DNA of 64,000 nucleotides from Geopsychrobacteraceae bacterium (GCA_963676795.2 CAXXTB010000002.1:1600001-1664000), one strand, 5' to 3'; positions 49,081 through 59,694 are shown, numbered from the stretch's first letter. A program made the numbers and translations. The notes: generated by a model from the letters alone, not told the origin.

Positions 49081-49869
49081 TTAAGAAGCCAACGTCTTCA
49101 GCGCCTTGTCAAGATGTTTACAGTAAATATCAAGTATGTCATCATCCCATCCCAGAGATTGAGAACATTCCGAACGTTCAGCATTAACAATATTCTTCCA
49201 ACTGTCCTCATCATCCCCCATGACATCGTTAAGGACATGATCCCCAGCAACAATCATCAGTGGCACAAAGTGGACCGAACCTATAGCTCCCGACTGAGTT
49301 CTGATTCTCTCTAAAGGTTCAGTCCCAGGGGTTCCTTCAACACTTGCAACAACAAGATGAGGGTAGCGAGATTCTATCTTATCCGTCAGGACAAGCAAAC
49401 GTTCATTGAACTCCGGTCGATTTTCATTACCGTGGGCAACGATAACAGTTGCTTGATTGGCCTTGATTTTTTTGTCCAAAGCCGCAATAACGGCCTCGAT
49501 ATCCTCATCCGTTGTCATTAATGCATCACCGTAGGCAACGTTCAAACCTGTCATATCGATGCTCTTGACACGCATATATTCTTGCCCTGGGACAATATGC
49601 AAACTCTGAAAAACGATATCAGTGATGCCATTATTGCGTAAATCTTCAACGACCTCAGCTATATAACGGGTTTCGATACCGCGCTCTTTGAGCTTTCTAA
49701 TGATGGTCTGAGAGGTAAACCCCCAGTGAATATCGTGGTCCGGATAACGCTTACGGACCTGTTTGTCGATATGCTCAAAGACCATCCGTGCAGAGTCAAC
49801 GGAGGTTCCGAAAGCAACAAGGACAATGGTTGCTTTACGCTTTGCTGCAGAGTGATTCATCGCTCTCAT
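49081..49869 (-). CDS. cbiK: Sirohydrochlorin cobaltochelatase (CbiK type)
   Basis: LVAFGTS, GFTS..I, QSLHIVPGQEY, AHG, SVEG.P, PLMIVAGDHVLND..G....SWK. Confidence 0.9.
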   Translation of the reverse strand: MRAMNHSAAKRKATIVLVAFGTSVDSARMVFEHIDKQVRKRYPDHDIHWGFTSQTIIRKLKERGIETRYIAEVVEDLRNNGITDIVFQSLHIVPGQEYMRVKSIDMTGLNVAYGDALMTTDEDIEAVIAALDKKIKANQATVIVAHGNENRPEFNERLLVLTDKIESRYPHLVVASVEGTPGTEPLERIRTQSGAIGSVHFVPLMIVAGDHVLNDVMGDDEDSWKNIVNAERSECSQSLGWDDDILDIYCKHLDKALKTLAS

Positions 49870-49913
49870 AGTTTAACCTATCCTTTTGCAAGGTATCTGA
49901 TGAAAGAAAAAGA

Positions 49914-49953
49914 ACCCTGGACTCCTTCCAGGCAAGCTGCAAGGAGTCCAGGA
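49914..49953. other. Intercistronic hairpin between TonB receptor and cbiK
   Basis: CCTGGACTCCTT...AAGGAGTCCAGG 12-bp arms. Confidence 0.55.
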
Positions 49954-49957
49954 ACCA

Positions 49958-51841
49958 TTAAAATCTCGCCTGTACTCCGGTAGAGAAGCGTATGCCATCG
50001 TCCGGGTAGCCCAAATGAACCTGATATTGACGATCGAAAAGGTTGTCCACTTTGAGATACCAGTCGCATTTTGCACGACTGAACGTAAATGGTTGAGCAA
50101 CTTTCAGATCAACAGTGACAAATTCACCCAGCTCTTGTGATGATAAGTTCTCGACCTGGCTGTATCTGCGTCCCTCATAGCGGATTGCCCCTTCAAGACG
50201 GGTTTTTACAGTCGGCAGCGTATACTGAAAGGCCTGCTTGATTTTCAGCTGCGGAGTGTACGGAAGCTGCTTATCGGTCTCGCTGTTGCTGGAATGCTGG
50301 ACAATTAAATTGCTTTCCGATATGAGCCCTCCAAACAGTGCATATTTAACAGTAAATTCAGCTCCCTCACGCATGGCATTATCAATATTGACCGGTCTGT
50401 AGATAAGATCCGTTCCGCGTTGATAGCTGATCAGATCATATGTGTCAGTCCTGAAAAAGGTCAGTTGCAGCATGTTGGCCTTGGAGGGGCGATACTCAAT
50501 TCCCAGGTCATAAGACCAGACGCGTTCTTCTTCAAGATCCGGATTCCCCCGGGTCTGGTCGATGGAACCGTGAGCTGTCTGATAAAGTTGTCCGAAGGAA
50601 GGAACATTAACCGTATAACCACCTTTGGCTTTTAAGAGTAGCTTGTCGCTGATTCCCCAACCGACCCCGGCGGTAAAGCCGGGCTGAACATCATAATCAC
50701 TGGTCACATCCCCTCTAAGGCCAAGGGTCGTTGTTACCGGGCCGAAACGGCGATCATACTGCCCGCTGAGACTATTACTGTATCTTTCGTGGTTACCGCT
50801 CAAAGTGTGATCAATTCCATCCCATTCAGTCAGCCAGGCAAGTCTGCCCTCCCAGGACTCATCAACGGCCACGCGTGTAACATCGAGTTTGAGGCCCGCT
50901 TTCTGTTCGTCCAGCGTGGCTGTGAATCCGGTCTGGGAACGGTCCCGCAGAGACGTACTATCCCCGAACAAAGAAACATCCAGAGAGCTGTAACTACCTA
51001 ACATGCTGGAATGTTTTAGATCCACTGATCCCTTATGATAATGTTGCCGTGCATCAGGTGTCGGATTGTCTGAGGGGCCGGCCGAACCGTATTCAGAATC
51101 ATAGTATCGCCCGTTCACCGCAAAGCGGGAGCCATTTGCACCTTCACGACTCCAGTTCAAGGCGACAGAACCCATATCCCTGTCACTGTTGGCTCTTTTG
51201 CCATCCTTGTGGGTGGCTGAGGCGGTAATTTGTGCGGTTCCGGAAAACAGGCCGAGGGTCTGGCTCAGGCTTCCGTCCGCATAGCCAAAGGAGCCGCCAT
51301 TCAACTTGACAGTCGTGTTACTGGCATCCTTGCCTTTGGACTTTGCGACCGGGGAGCGAGTCACGATGTTGATGGCCCCGTCACTCCCCCCCGGCCCCAG
51401 CCAGACGGGGACTGGCGGCTTGAAAACAGTCACTGACTCTATCAGATCAACCGGCACCGTATTCAGATCCAGATTGCCATATTGGTTTGAATTGAGAGGA
51501 CGGCCATTGAGAAGGACAAGCACACCGGTTGAGCGTCCTGACCCGCGAATAGATACACGTGAACCTGTTCCGGAAGACTGATAGACCTCGACCCCCGGCA
51601 TGATTTTCAGCACTTCCTCAACGCTTGAAAGCCTTCTCTGGTAAATTTCCCGATAGCCGACAGTTTCTGCTAACTGCGGGTGATTACGGATATATTCCTG
51701 AACCCGCTCCGCTGTTACATAAATTTCATAGAGTGTCGTGCTTGCTGAAGCAGAATCATCTGCAGCAAACAGATGGGTACTACAAACCAAAAGGGCGACA
51801 GCAAACGAAACCTGAATACAAATTTTTCCCAATGTTGACAT
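49958..51841 (-). CDS. TonB-dependent receptor
   Basis: Signal peptide, VTAER TonB-box-like region, SIRG..VLVLLNGRP plug, GNPDL.EE, C-terminal ARF. Confidence 0.92.
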   Translation of the reverse strand: MSTLGKICIQVSFAVALLVCSTHLFAADDSASASTTLYEIYVTAERVQEYIRNHPQLAETVGYREIYQRRLSSVEEVLKIMPGVEVYQSSGTGSRVSIRGSGRSTGVLVLLNGRPLNSNQYGNLDLNTVPVDLIESVTVFKPPVPVWLGPGGSDGAINIVTRSPVAKSKGKDASNTTVKLNGGSFGYADGSLSQTLGLFSGTAQITASATHKDGKRANSDRDMGSVALNWSREGANGSRFAVNGRYYDSEYGSAGPSDNPTPDARQHYHKGSVDLKHSSMLGSYSSLDVSLFGDSTSLRDRSQTGFTATLDEQKAGLKLDVTRVAVDESWEGRLAWLTEWDGIDHTLSGNHERYSNSLSGQYDRRFGPVTTTLGLRGDVTSDYDVQPGFTAGVGWGISDKLLLKAKGGYTVNVPSFGQLYQTAHGSIDQTRGNPDLEEERVWSYDLGIEYRPSKANMLQLTFFRTDTYDLISYQRGTDLIYRPVNIDNAMREGAEFTVKYALFGGLISESNLIVQHSSNSETDKQLPYTPQLKIKQAFQYTLPTVKTRLEGAIRYEGRRYSQVENLSSQELGEFVTVDLKVAQPFTFSRAKCDWYLKVDNLFDRQYQVHLGYPDDGIRFSTGVQARF

Positions 51842-51920
51842 TGTTCCTCCACGATTTAAAGCTAGCGATATAGATCACCATTCAATGACATAATGAAACT
51901 TCTGACTCTTAACTCGCGAA

Positions 51921-52268
51921 CTACTCAGGGACATAAACAACAGAGCCATCTTTGAGACGATATGCCGTTCCCAGCCTTTCCCCCTGACCGCTTGCCTGTT
52001 GTGGAGTCGAGCGTAAGACTTCGATTTCACGACCTTTCTTACTGATGATTTCCATCATGCCATCGGCTGTTTTTTTAACAATCGTGACTTCACTGTCCTG
52101 ATCAAAGAGATCTTCCATGTGGTAAGCCGAAAAAACGGCGATAATCAGTGCGACGATGAAAACAAGACCGACATCGAAAAGGTTGGCGACACCGGAAAGC
52201 GGGTCACCATCCTCATGAAGAGTGCTTTGACCAGACAGAAACTGACGTTGACTGCGCAGGTATTTCAT
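51921..52268 (-). CDS. DUF2149 domain protein
   Basis: DPLSGVANLFDV.LVF, GERLGTAYRLKDG.VVYVPE. Confidence 0.88.
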   Translation of the reverse strand: MKYLRSQRQFLSGQSTLHEDGDPLSGVANLFDVGLVFIVALIIAVFSAYHMEDLFDQDSEVTIVKKTADGMMEIISKKGREIEVLRSTPQQASGQGERLGTAYRLKDGSVVYVPE

Positions 52269-52909
52269 GCCGCTCTTGTCTCCCTGTCACATCCCTCTGT
52301 TGAACCTTCACCCTTATCAACATTGAGCATGACAAATTCGGTCATACACTCCATGTAGCGCAAATCTTCCTGCTTCCAACGTTTCAGAACCGTGTAGAGG
52401 ACAAAGGCAATAAGTCCGATGGCCATGCCCACGACCGTTGTGGTAAAGGCAATAACCAGATCGGCGGACAGGCGGGTCATATCCCCCTGCCCTAAAGCAG
52501 CGAGACCCGTTCCCATGGGGATGAGTGTTCCGATCAGTCCGAGTCCTGGTCCGGTCCGCACCAGAATCATCAAACGATCCAGTTTTTTGCCCAGTTGCAG
52601 TCGATGATGCTGCAATAAGTTTTCAATTTTGATGTCACGTGTGGTCTCGGTGGTAACCAGTAACCGCTTCAAATCATGATAATATGCACGCACCGGGTGA
52701 CTGCAGGATTTTTTAATAAACTCAGGATCGGTCAATTTCTCCAGCTGGTTTTTGATAGGCTTCAAACGCAGACGTTCAAAGCCGTCAGCACAAAATATTC
52801 CGAGCATAACCAGTACCCAGACCGACAATCCGGCAAGCAGAACAACAACCGGCGTAAATAACGCGGCTGAAATCAGATAGATATAGGTTTTTAGAAAAGC
52901 AAAAATCAT
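52265..52909 (-). CDS. MotA/TolQ/ExbB proton channel family protein
   Basis: RTGPGLGLIGTLIPMG.GLA.L..GD, AFTTTVVG. Confidence 0.9.
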   Translation of the reverse strand: MIFAFLKTYIYLISAALFTPVVVLLAGLSVWVLVMLGIFCADGFERLRLKPIKNQLEKLTDPEFIKKSCSHPVRAYYHDLKRLLVTTETTRDIKIENLLQHHRLQLGKKLDRLMILVRTGPGLGLIGTLIPMGTGLAALGQGDMTRLSADLVIAFTTTVVGMAIGLIAFVLYTVLKRWKQEDLRYMECMTEFVMLNVDKGEGSTEGCDRETRAA

Positions 52910-53652
52910 AAGAAACTCCTTTTAAGATTGCGGCGTCGAAGCAGATAACCGCCTAAAACAACAGCTATAAGTATCAGAATCATGATTACGAACTCAGGGT
53001 TTACGGGCTCACCCCTCCCCTGAGACAGGCGGTAAATCCTGTCGATTTGTGCAAACTGCGGAACAATACAAAGTGCCAGCAAAAAATATGCTGCCAGCAG
53101 ACACATCAACACTCCCAGGGACTGGTTGGCGTCTTTGGAACCTGCTGTGCTCTGCCAGAGCAGGATCATGCCACTGAGCAGCTGAATCACTGAAAAACCG
53201 GCAGCCATACTCACCAGGGCGACCAGCTTATGGTCCGGGTAAAGGTTCATCATAAAGGCGGTTTCCAGCAATATGACCGAAGCACACACCGGACAGGGCA
53301 GACTCAGTAACAGCCAGCCTCTGTTTTTCCATTTACCAGAATCTTCCGGGCGTTTTTTCAGCAGCAAAAAGCCCCATCCTCCGAGAAGGATGGCACTGAT
53401 CAGATGCAAGGTCATCCCGGCAGCAAACAGCTTCTGCAACTGAGGAAAATAATCCAATAATGAGACCTGACTGAGCAATAAACCGCAGATCAGAAACAGG
53501 CAAAGATAAGCAAGAACATGAACACCGCCAATCAACCATCTGCGTTTTGTACCGCTGACGGTCGTCAACAGGTAACCGAGTCCCACACCACTTTTCAGCG
53601 CAAAGACGCCGAGCCCGAAAATCAGCCCGAGAATCAGACTTTTTAACTCCAT
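52906..53652 (-). CDS. DUF2162-like membrane protein
   Basis: FALKSGVG, GM.LH, LPCPVC motif, ~7 TM; start refined to 53652. Confidence 0.8.
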   Translation of the reverse strand: MELKSLILGLIFGLGVFALKSGVGLGYLLTTVSGTKRRWLIGGVHVLAYLCLFLICGLLLSQVSLLDYFPQLQKLFAAGMTLHLISAILLGGWGFLLLKKRPEDSGKWKNRGWLLLSLPCPVCASVILLETAFMMNLYPDHKLVALVSMAAGFSVIQLLSGMILLWQSTAGSKDANQSLGVLMCLLAAYFLLALCIVPQFAQIDRIYRLSQGRGEPVNPEFVIMILILIAVVLGGYLLRRRNLKRSFL

Positions 53653-53662
53653 CACTTTCCCC

Positions 53663-56600
53663 TTACCAATCCTGTCGCCGGCGACGCCACCAGACTCCGC
53701 CACTGACAATGATCAAAATCAACAACACGCACACTGACGCCAGCCATTGAACACCAGATGACGTCAACTCCGTCGTTTTGTCCTCAGTCGTGACCTCCTC
53801 CATTTTGTAGCCAGTCACATCCTCGCTTTTTTCCCCTGTTTGCCCCTCAAGTTGCTGCTCAGGATTGTCAGAGAGCTGCTGCTCATCGCGCGCCTGATTC
53901 TTCTCGAAACCGGCAACCAGCTGCTGTTGCAACTGCTGTCGTTGGTCGAGCTGTTCCTCCAGAGATTTCTTTGCCATCTTCTCGATGGCAACCTTGAACT
54001 GCTCCACCAGTTCAGGACTCATCACCCCAGGCAGTGAAGCGATATTGATAACCATCTGGTTGAGGGCCGGGTTGTTGCAGGTATGGTCACAGCAGGCCAC
54101 CCCGTGCTTCAGAACGTTATTGACATACTCCTTGGCCAGCGTCTGTTTCACCTCGTCCGAAGTCTGCCAATAACCTTTACGCACAGTTTCCAGAATACGC
54201 GCGGTCATCGACTGGTAGGCCCAGGGGCTGTTCTTGGCAAAGAATTCTTTCAGATCCTGGTCATACTTGTCTTCAACATAGACCTCGTAAACCTGTTGCC
54301 ACTTGTCGGCACTGACAGCTGAGGGCACAGTCACCTGCCAGCCCCAGAGGTTTTCGGCAAAATCGGCCATCTGCCGGGCGCCGGCATAATTTTCCTGTCT
54401 CATCCCTTCGATCCACTTGGGATTCAGGTAACGGGTCCGCAGTTCACGGCCGATGGTCTTGGTCACGTCCTCAACCTGAGATTCATCGCGGCGCCGGTTC
54501 AGGGTGACCATGGTGTCCGGGGCTTCTCCTCGGATATTTTTGACCGCCAACGACATCCCTCCCAGGTAGGAAAAGAAATCATCGGTATCGATAATGCCGA
54601 TCACATTGCTCGATCGGGAATGAACAGCAACATCGACATGGCGCAGGTTTTCCTTAAAAGTCTCCTTGACGGGAACTGCCCACTGCCCCTGCCCGACGGC
54701 AAACTGAGCCCGGTTCAGGTATACGTTGCTGATCTCCTCATCGGATTCCCAGAAACCGGAGGAGCCAACCATCTCTTCTACCCCGTTACCGTAAGACCCG
54801 ACCTCTTCGGTGAAAATTCGAAAGCGCGACTGCAGATCTGCCTCTTCGGCACTCATCCCCTGGTGCATCAGACGCTCTTTGATGGTGCGACTATTCTTGG
54901 CGATGAAGTTTTCAACATCAGTCTGAAGCAAAACCTTCTGTACGGCGTCATCAAGGTACAGCAGCTTATCGGGAAACATGTCACGATACAGCCCTGAGGG
55001 GTTGATCAGCACATCAATACGCGGTCGCCCCAGTTCCTGTCCGGGAATGATGCGCATACCACGCACCTTGTCTGTCTTGTCCCATACCGGTTCGACCCCC
55101 ATCAGATAGAGAATTGTCGCTTCGTTGCCCCCTTCGTTACGACAGGTTTCAAAGGCCCACAAAACAACTCCGACTTTTTGCGGATATTTGCCTTCCTTTT
55201 TCAGTTTTTCGGCGATGATCTGTTCGGCAGCTCTTTTACCGATGGCCCAGGCTGCTTTGGAAGGCACCTTTTCTGGCGAGAAACCATAAAAATTGCGCCC
55301 GGTCGGCAGCGCGGCCAGGTTGCGCAGCGGATCGTTCCCCTCACCCGGCTCCACATATTCACCGTCCAGGGCATGCATGAAGGTGTTCAGCTCATTGGCC
55401 GCCGAACGATGCAGATCATGCAGCACCTTGTCAGGGTCAGCGTCGGGGTTCTGGTCCATGATCAGGGTAACTGTCTCCGCTTCGGACTCCGCAGCATCGG
55501 CCTTGCCGAAGGTGTGCAACCCGTAAGGCAAAGAATTCTGATCGATCTCGTGCAGGTAGAGATGAACCTTTTCGATCGCCTCCTCATCCAGTTCATCGAT
55601 CTTAAGATCCTTGTCGATCCCCAGGACTTTGATCTGTTCGGCCATCTGGCGACGATACTCCTGTGCGGTTTCGCTGCCATTGGCCTGGGCATATTCATAC
55701 TTGTGATGCAGATCGTGCAGCTCGGCGTATTCGTTGTAGAGGTCGGCCTTGCGCATAGGCGGCGTCAGGTAATCGATGACAACGCCGCGTCCGCGCCGTT
55801 TGGCCTCGATCCCCTCACCTATATCGTCGACGATGTAAGGATAGATATTCGGGATATCGCCAAGCATCACCTCCGGCGGATCGGACGGTGCCAATCCTGC
55901 CTGTTTGCCCGGCAGCCACTCATAAGTGGCATGAGTCCCCAGGTGGACCATGGCATCGGCCTGAAAGCGCTCCTTCAACCACAGGTAGGCGGCAATGTAT
56001 TGATGGTGCGGATAAAGGGTGGTGTCGTGGTACATTTTCAGCGGATCATCAGACCAGCCCCGCGCCGGTTCCGGCAACAGGACAATGTTGCCAAGCTTGA
56101 CCATGGGAAAAATCAGCTCTCCACCACGGGTCATGATGGCGCTCTCTTCAGGGGGCCCCCATTGCTTGAGAACCGGTTCTTTGAAGGCTTCCGGTAACCT
56201 GGCGAACCACCGCCGATACTCAGAGAGGGGGACCTGTTCGACCTGGCCACTGTCGATCAGAGCATCCAGCTCTCCCGGAGCCCAACTGCCGACATTACGC
56301 CCACCGGCCAGGATCATCTCCTGCAGTCTGGCTTCGCTGAGCTGAGCTGCATTGGCCACCTGGTAGCCATCCTCTTTCAGCCGCGCCAGAATCACTTCCA
56401 GACTGCGAAAAACGTTCATATAGGCTGCAGCAATATTCTGTTTCCCCTGACTGTGGTTGTAATAGAGAATGGCAACCTTCTTTTCGCTGTTGTCCATGCG
56501 CTGCAGTGCAGCCCATTTTTTAAGCCGCGGAATCAGAAAATCCAGGGTCTCGTCGATGGTTTCATAGACAGAGAATTTACGTCCCGTCTGAGCGTCAATC

Positions 56601-57628
56601 AGATCTTTTCTGCCGATCAGGACCGTCGGTTCAATCGCTCCGGACAATTCCGGGGTCGCCACCGCCCAGCCAGTTTCCAGTGGTCCCAGCCCGACGCTAC
56701 TTCCGCGCCACTCATCAATACTTTCAGCATAAGGACGGATGACATTGAACACTGGAACATTCAGATCGATCAGGGTCTGACGGATATCGTCATTAAGGGA
56801 AGATGCAAATTTAAGGCTGAACGCCAGCAACAGATCAACCGGGCGCTGGCCATTGCGAGGCTTAACGAAACGCTGCATAACCACATCAACCGGACCGAAA
56901 CAGGGCAGCACGTTAAACCCCGCCGTTTCGAGACGGACGATCAGCTCATCCATCGCCTCAACCTGCCCTTCCTTGAGGCTGTTGGCAAAATCCATGATGC
57001 CGACCCAGGCGCCATCAGGGTGATAACCGCTGCGGCTTCGATACCATTGCTGATAGTCCTCAAGAGCGACAAAATAGCTGTCAGCCTCAGGGTGATGAAG
57101 GCTGGCTGCCGGAATGACCCTGACCTGCCGGTAACTGACAGTTCCATCGATATGCCGTTGTACCACCAGGCGGATCAGGTTGACCATATTGACGACACTG
57201 CGGTTGTTGTAATAGCTGATCAACTGGTTATCAAGGAGGATTCCCCTGGCAGCCAGTTGGTCTGGATCCCCGGCATCGTTCAGGGCATAAACCTTGCGGC
57301 CCCGAATAAGATCATGCTCTTCCAGATAGTCAGGCAACTGCGGCATCATGACATTAACCAGCACCACAGACGCTTCAGCAATAAATTCCCCGGCTTGCGG
57401 ATCCTGTTCCAGATCGGCCAGGGTAAAGTAGCGCACGCTGATGTTTTCCGGCAGATCGAGCTGGCTCAAGGCCAGATGCAGCTGGTAACTGTTGATATCA
57501 ATTTCCAGGATAGCGACCCGCTCGGCCGTTTCGGCACTGGCAACGCAAGGTAAATCAGCAACCAGCAACAGGCAAACCAGGCCGACAGAGAACAAAGAGG
57601 ACAGCTGTCCACATAGCTTTTTGAACAT
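53663..57628 (-). CDS. CobN/magnesium-chelatase-family protein with signal peptide and C-terminal membrane anchor
   Basis: PHHQYIAAY, HLGTHATYEWLPGK, YIVDDIGEGIEAKRRG, LPTGRNFY, RPRIDV..SGLYRD, LNPKWIEGM, CCDHTC; terminal TM + WWRRRR. Confidence 0.92.
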   Translation of the reverse strand: MFKKLCGQLSSLFSVGLVCLLLVADLPCVASAETAERVAILEIDINSYQLHLALSQLDLPENISVRYFTLADLEQDPQAGEFIAEASVVLVNVMMPQLPDYLEEHDLIRGRKVYALNDAGDPDQLAARGILLDNQLISYYNNRSVVNMVNLIRLVVQRHIDGTVSYRQVRVIPAASLHHPEADSYFVALEDYQQWYRSRSGYHPDGAWVGIMDFANSLKEGQVEAMDELIVRLETAGFNVLPCFGPVDVVMQRFVKPRNGQRPVDLLLAFSLKFASSLNDDIRQTLIDLNVPVFNVIRPYAESIDEWRGSSVGLGPLETGWAVATPELSGAIEPTVLIGRKDLIDAQTGRKFSVYETIDETLDFLIPRLKKWAALQRMDNSEKKVAILYYNHSQGKQNIAAAYMNVFRSLEVILARLKEDGYQVANAAQLSEARLQEMILAGGRNVGSWAPGELDALIDSGQVEQVPLSEYRRWFARLPEAFKEPVLKQWGPPEESAIMTRGGELIFPMVKLGNIVLLPEPARGWSDDPLKMYHDTTLYPHHQYIAAYLWLKERFQADAMVHLGTHATYEWLPGKQAGLAPSDPPEVMLGDIPNIYPYIVDDIGEGIEAKRRGRGVVIDYLTPPMRKADLYNEYAELHDLHHKYEYAQANGSETAQEYRRQMAEQIKVLGIDKDLKIDELDEEAIEKVHLYLHEIDQNSLPYGLHTFGKADAAESEAETVTLIMDQNPDADPDKVLHDLHRSAANELNTFMHALDGEYVEPGEGNDPLRNLAALPTGRNFYGFSPEKVPSKAAWAIGKRAAEQIIAEKLKKEGKYPQKVGVVLWAFETCRNEGGNEATILYLMGVEPVWDKTDKVRGMRIIPGQELGRPRIDVLINPSGLYRDMFPDKLLYLDDAVQKVLLQTDVENFIAKNSRTIKERLMHQGMSAEEADLQSRFRIFTEEVGSYGNGVEEMVGSSGFWESDEEISNVYLNRAQFAVGQGQWAVPVKETFKENLRHVDVAVHSRSSNVIGIIDTDDFFSYLGGMSLAVKNIRGEAPDTMVTLNRRRDESQVEDVTKTIGRELRTRYLNPKWIEGMRQENYAGARQMADFAENLWGWQVTVPSAVSADKWQQVYEVYVEDKYDQDLKEFFAKNSPWAYQSMTARILETVRKGYWQTSDEVKQTLAKEYVNNVLKHGVACCDHTCNNPALNQMVINIASLPGVMSPELVEQFKVAIEKMAKKSLEEQLDQRQQLQQQLVAGFEKNQARDEQQLSDNPEQQLEGQTGEKSEDVTGYKMEEVTTEDKTTELTSSGVQWLASVCVLLILIIVSGGVWWRRRRQDW

Positions 57629-57630
57629 GG

Positions 57631-59634
57631 TTAATCCTTCTCAGGCGACGCGTATAACAGAGCCCCGAATGCCCGAGCCAAAATGGGGGGGAGCTCTTTA
57701 TTGCCAGGAAAATCAGTCATGGAAACATCCCGCTCGTCCGATATTCTGGAAGCAACCTGAATACAGAGTTGATTAAAGACAAGATCGCTGCCGATGAGTC
57801 CTTTTTTCAGATCGTCACTGACCGCCAATGCCGTTTCAAGAAAGGCTGCGTAGTATGGATCCTTGAGCAGTGTGGCCAATTTTTCCGTCGCAGCAGTTTG
57901 TTCCAGCTCCGGAAACGTGGCAGCAACCTGCTTTAAGCTCAGCCCCCGCTCATACAAGCGTTGGCTGACCGGCCGTCTGGCGAGTAACCCGTTCTGACGT
58001 GAAATCGCATCAGTAACTGCACCATGAACCGCCTTGGCGATCAATTCACCGATTTTGGTGTGCCCACCAGTGTAGAGTGCTTCAGGGCCGTCCCCCTGGA
58101 CAATAATGACATTGTCCGTTCCGGTTCCGGTGGCCCGGTAATCCAGCCCGGAATATGAACTGCGGATATCCAGGTCAAGCAATGCCGCTGATTTTGCCTC
58201 TGTCGCGGTGATAATAGAGCGCGCCATGGCGTTTTCACTCAGCTTACGGTTGGTCATTACCAGGACATTGATGGTGCCGTGACTACTGTAAAAGCCTGTA
58301 TCACGTGACATGCGCATGGCGTTGCCGCGCACCCCCGCAGTGGCAAGTGCAGTCACCTCAAGATCCTTGTAGACTTCCGTTCTCTGGGCCAGATTGTTCA
58401 AATCAGCACCGGTCATCATGCCGCTGAAATCCATCTTTTCATAACCGAGATTAGCAGCGATGGCGGCCTTGGCCCGGTGAGGCCCAAAAGTCATATGCCC
58501 CAGGCTGGCCCCCATCGGAACATAGGTGTTACCCACGCCGGCGATTTGGCTGCGCAGACCTTCAAAGGTCGAAAGGATTGTTTGAGGTTTGTTGAAGTGT
58601 ACGTCCAGTGATCGGTAAACCACATCATTGACGCGATGGTTGACAATCCGTGCCTCTTTCACATAGGCAAACTCAAACTCCAGTGGACGCTCTTCGAGAA
58701 TCTGGTCTTCTGCTGTCGCCAGATCAGGATCTGCCATCTCCTGAGGATAGAGGACAGCAGCCAGCCACAGAGCGAAATCTCCCATATGAGTGCCAAGCTG
58801 ACAGGTCAAGGCGCAGGGGAACATCATCAGCTGTCCGTTGCGTATCGCCGTCACGTCTCGCCATTGAGGCTGCTGCAGATACGCCCTGACAGCGTCGGCA
58901 TTATCGTTACAGCCATAGACCATCTGAGGATCGAAGTTTTGCCATTGCTGCAGTGACAGCGGCACAAAACTGCCGTCCGAAGCAAGTTCAGGAGGAATTC
59001 CACCGGCAGCCTCAATCAGCTGGTTCTGAAATGAATCATCGCCAGGTGCGTAAAATATAGAACCGGCAACAACCCTTATGACCCGTTTACGCTTGTCCTC
59101 AGGAATCATTCCGAGGCGTTGTTTTATCAGCTCAAGTTGTTCACGGTTATGACGAATGATCTTTTCTGCACTCTGCGACCGGTTCAACAGCTTTCCGATA
59201 AGCCTGATCTGGGCATAACCATCCTCCAGTCGGCGGGCATCAAGCACCAGCAGACCTTCCGGTTCCGTGGCAAAGTGCTCAATGACCTCCCGCTGACCTG
59301 GTGCAGCAATGACCAAATCAGGTTTCAGGCTTAGGATCTGATCAAGCACAGGATGAAAATAACTGCCGATATCTGCTATGCGCAGCTGTGGTTCAAGCTT
59401 GAGATCTTCCAGCGTCGTCCCGACCAGGACATCCTCCTGCCCAAGACGAACGATCGTCTCGGTGATAGCTGGCACCAGGCAGACGACACGCTGTGGAGGT
59501 TGGTTAATGCGGACCCTGATATTTCTTCCATCAGTGATATCGAGCGGAAAATCAGCAGCCATAAGGGTCCAGGGCGACTGAAGGGCCAGCGCTATCAAAG
59601 CACTAACTGCCAGCATTATTGTTTTATGTCTCAT
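57631..59634 (-). CDS. Periplasmic cobalamin-binding-like protein (BtuF-like) fused to adenosylcobinamide amidohydrolase CbiZ domain
   Basis: Signal peptide, PQRVVCL.P.ITE, I.SLKPDLV (SBP); MTGA, ATAGV.GNA, GTIN, ATEAKSAAL.DL, ATGTGTD, GGHTK.GE.I (CbiZ). Confidence 0.88.
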   Translation of the reverse strand: MRHKTIMLAVSALIALALQSPWTLMAADFPLDITDGRNIRVRINQPPQRVVCLVPAITETIVRLGQEDVLVGTTLEDLKLEPQLRIADIGSYFHPVLDQILSLKPDLVIAAPGQREVIEHFATEPEGLLVLDARRLEDGYAQIRLIGKLLNRSQSAEKIIRHNREQLELIKQRLGMIPEDKRKRVIRVVAGSIFYAPGDDSFQNQLIEAAGGIPPELASDGSFVPLSLQQWQNFDPQMVYGCNDNADAVRAYLQQPQWRDVTAIRNGQLMMFPCALTCQLGTHMGDFALWLAAVLYPQEMADPDLATAEDQILEERPLEFEFAYVKEARIVNHRVNDVVYRSLDVHFNKPQTILSTFEGLRSQIAGVGNTYVPMGASLGHMTFGPHRAKAAIAANLGYEKMDFSGMMTGADLNNLAQRTEVYKDLEVTALATAGVRGNAMRMSRDTGFYSSHGTINVLVMTNRKLSENAMARSIITATEAKSAALLDLDIRSSYSGLDYRATGTGTDNVIIVQGDGPEALYTGGHTKIGELIAKAVHGAVTDAISRQNGLLARRPVSQRLYERGLSLKQVAATFPELEQTAATEKLATLLKDPYYAAFLETALAVSDDLKKGLIGSDLVFNQLCIQVASRISDERDVSMTDFPGNKELPPILARAFGALLYASPEKD

Positions 59635-59658
59635 AATTATGCCTGTTATGCCGAATAT

Positions 59659-59685
59659 CCCCGCCAGGCACAGAGCCCGGCGGGG
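59659..59685. other. GC-rich hairpin after TonB receptor gene
   Basis: CCCCGCC...GGCGGGG stem. Confidence 0.5.
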
Positions 59686-59694
59686 TAACTTGCA

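Noticed and set aside
55178..57553. 339-aa and 366-aa plus-strand ORFs
   Set aside because: Antisense shadows of the CobN-like gene
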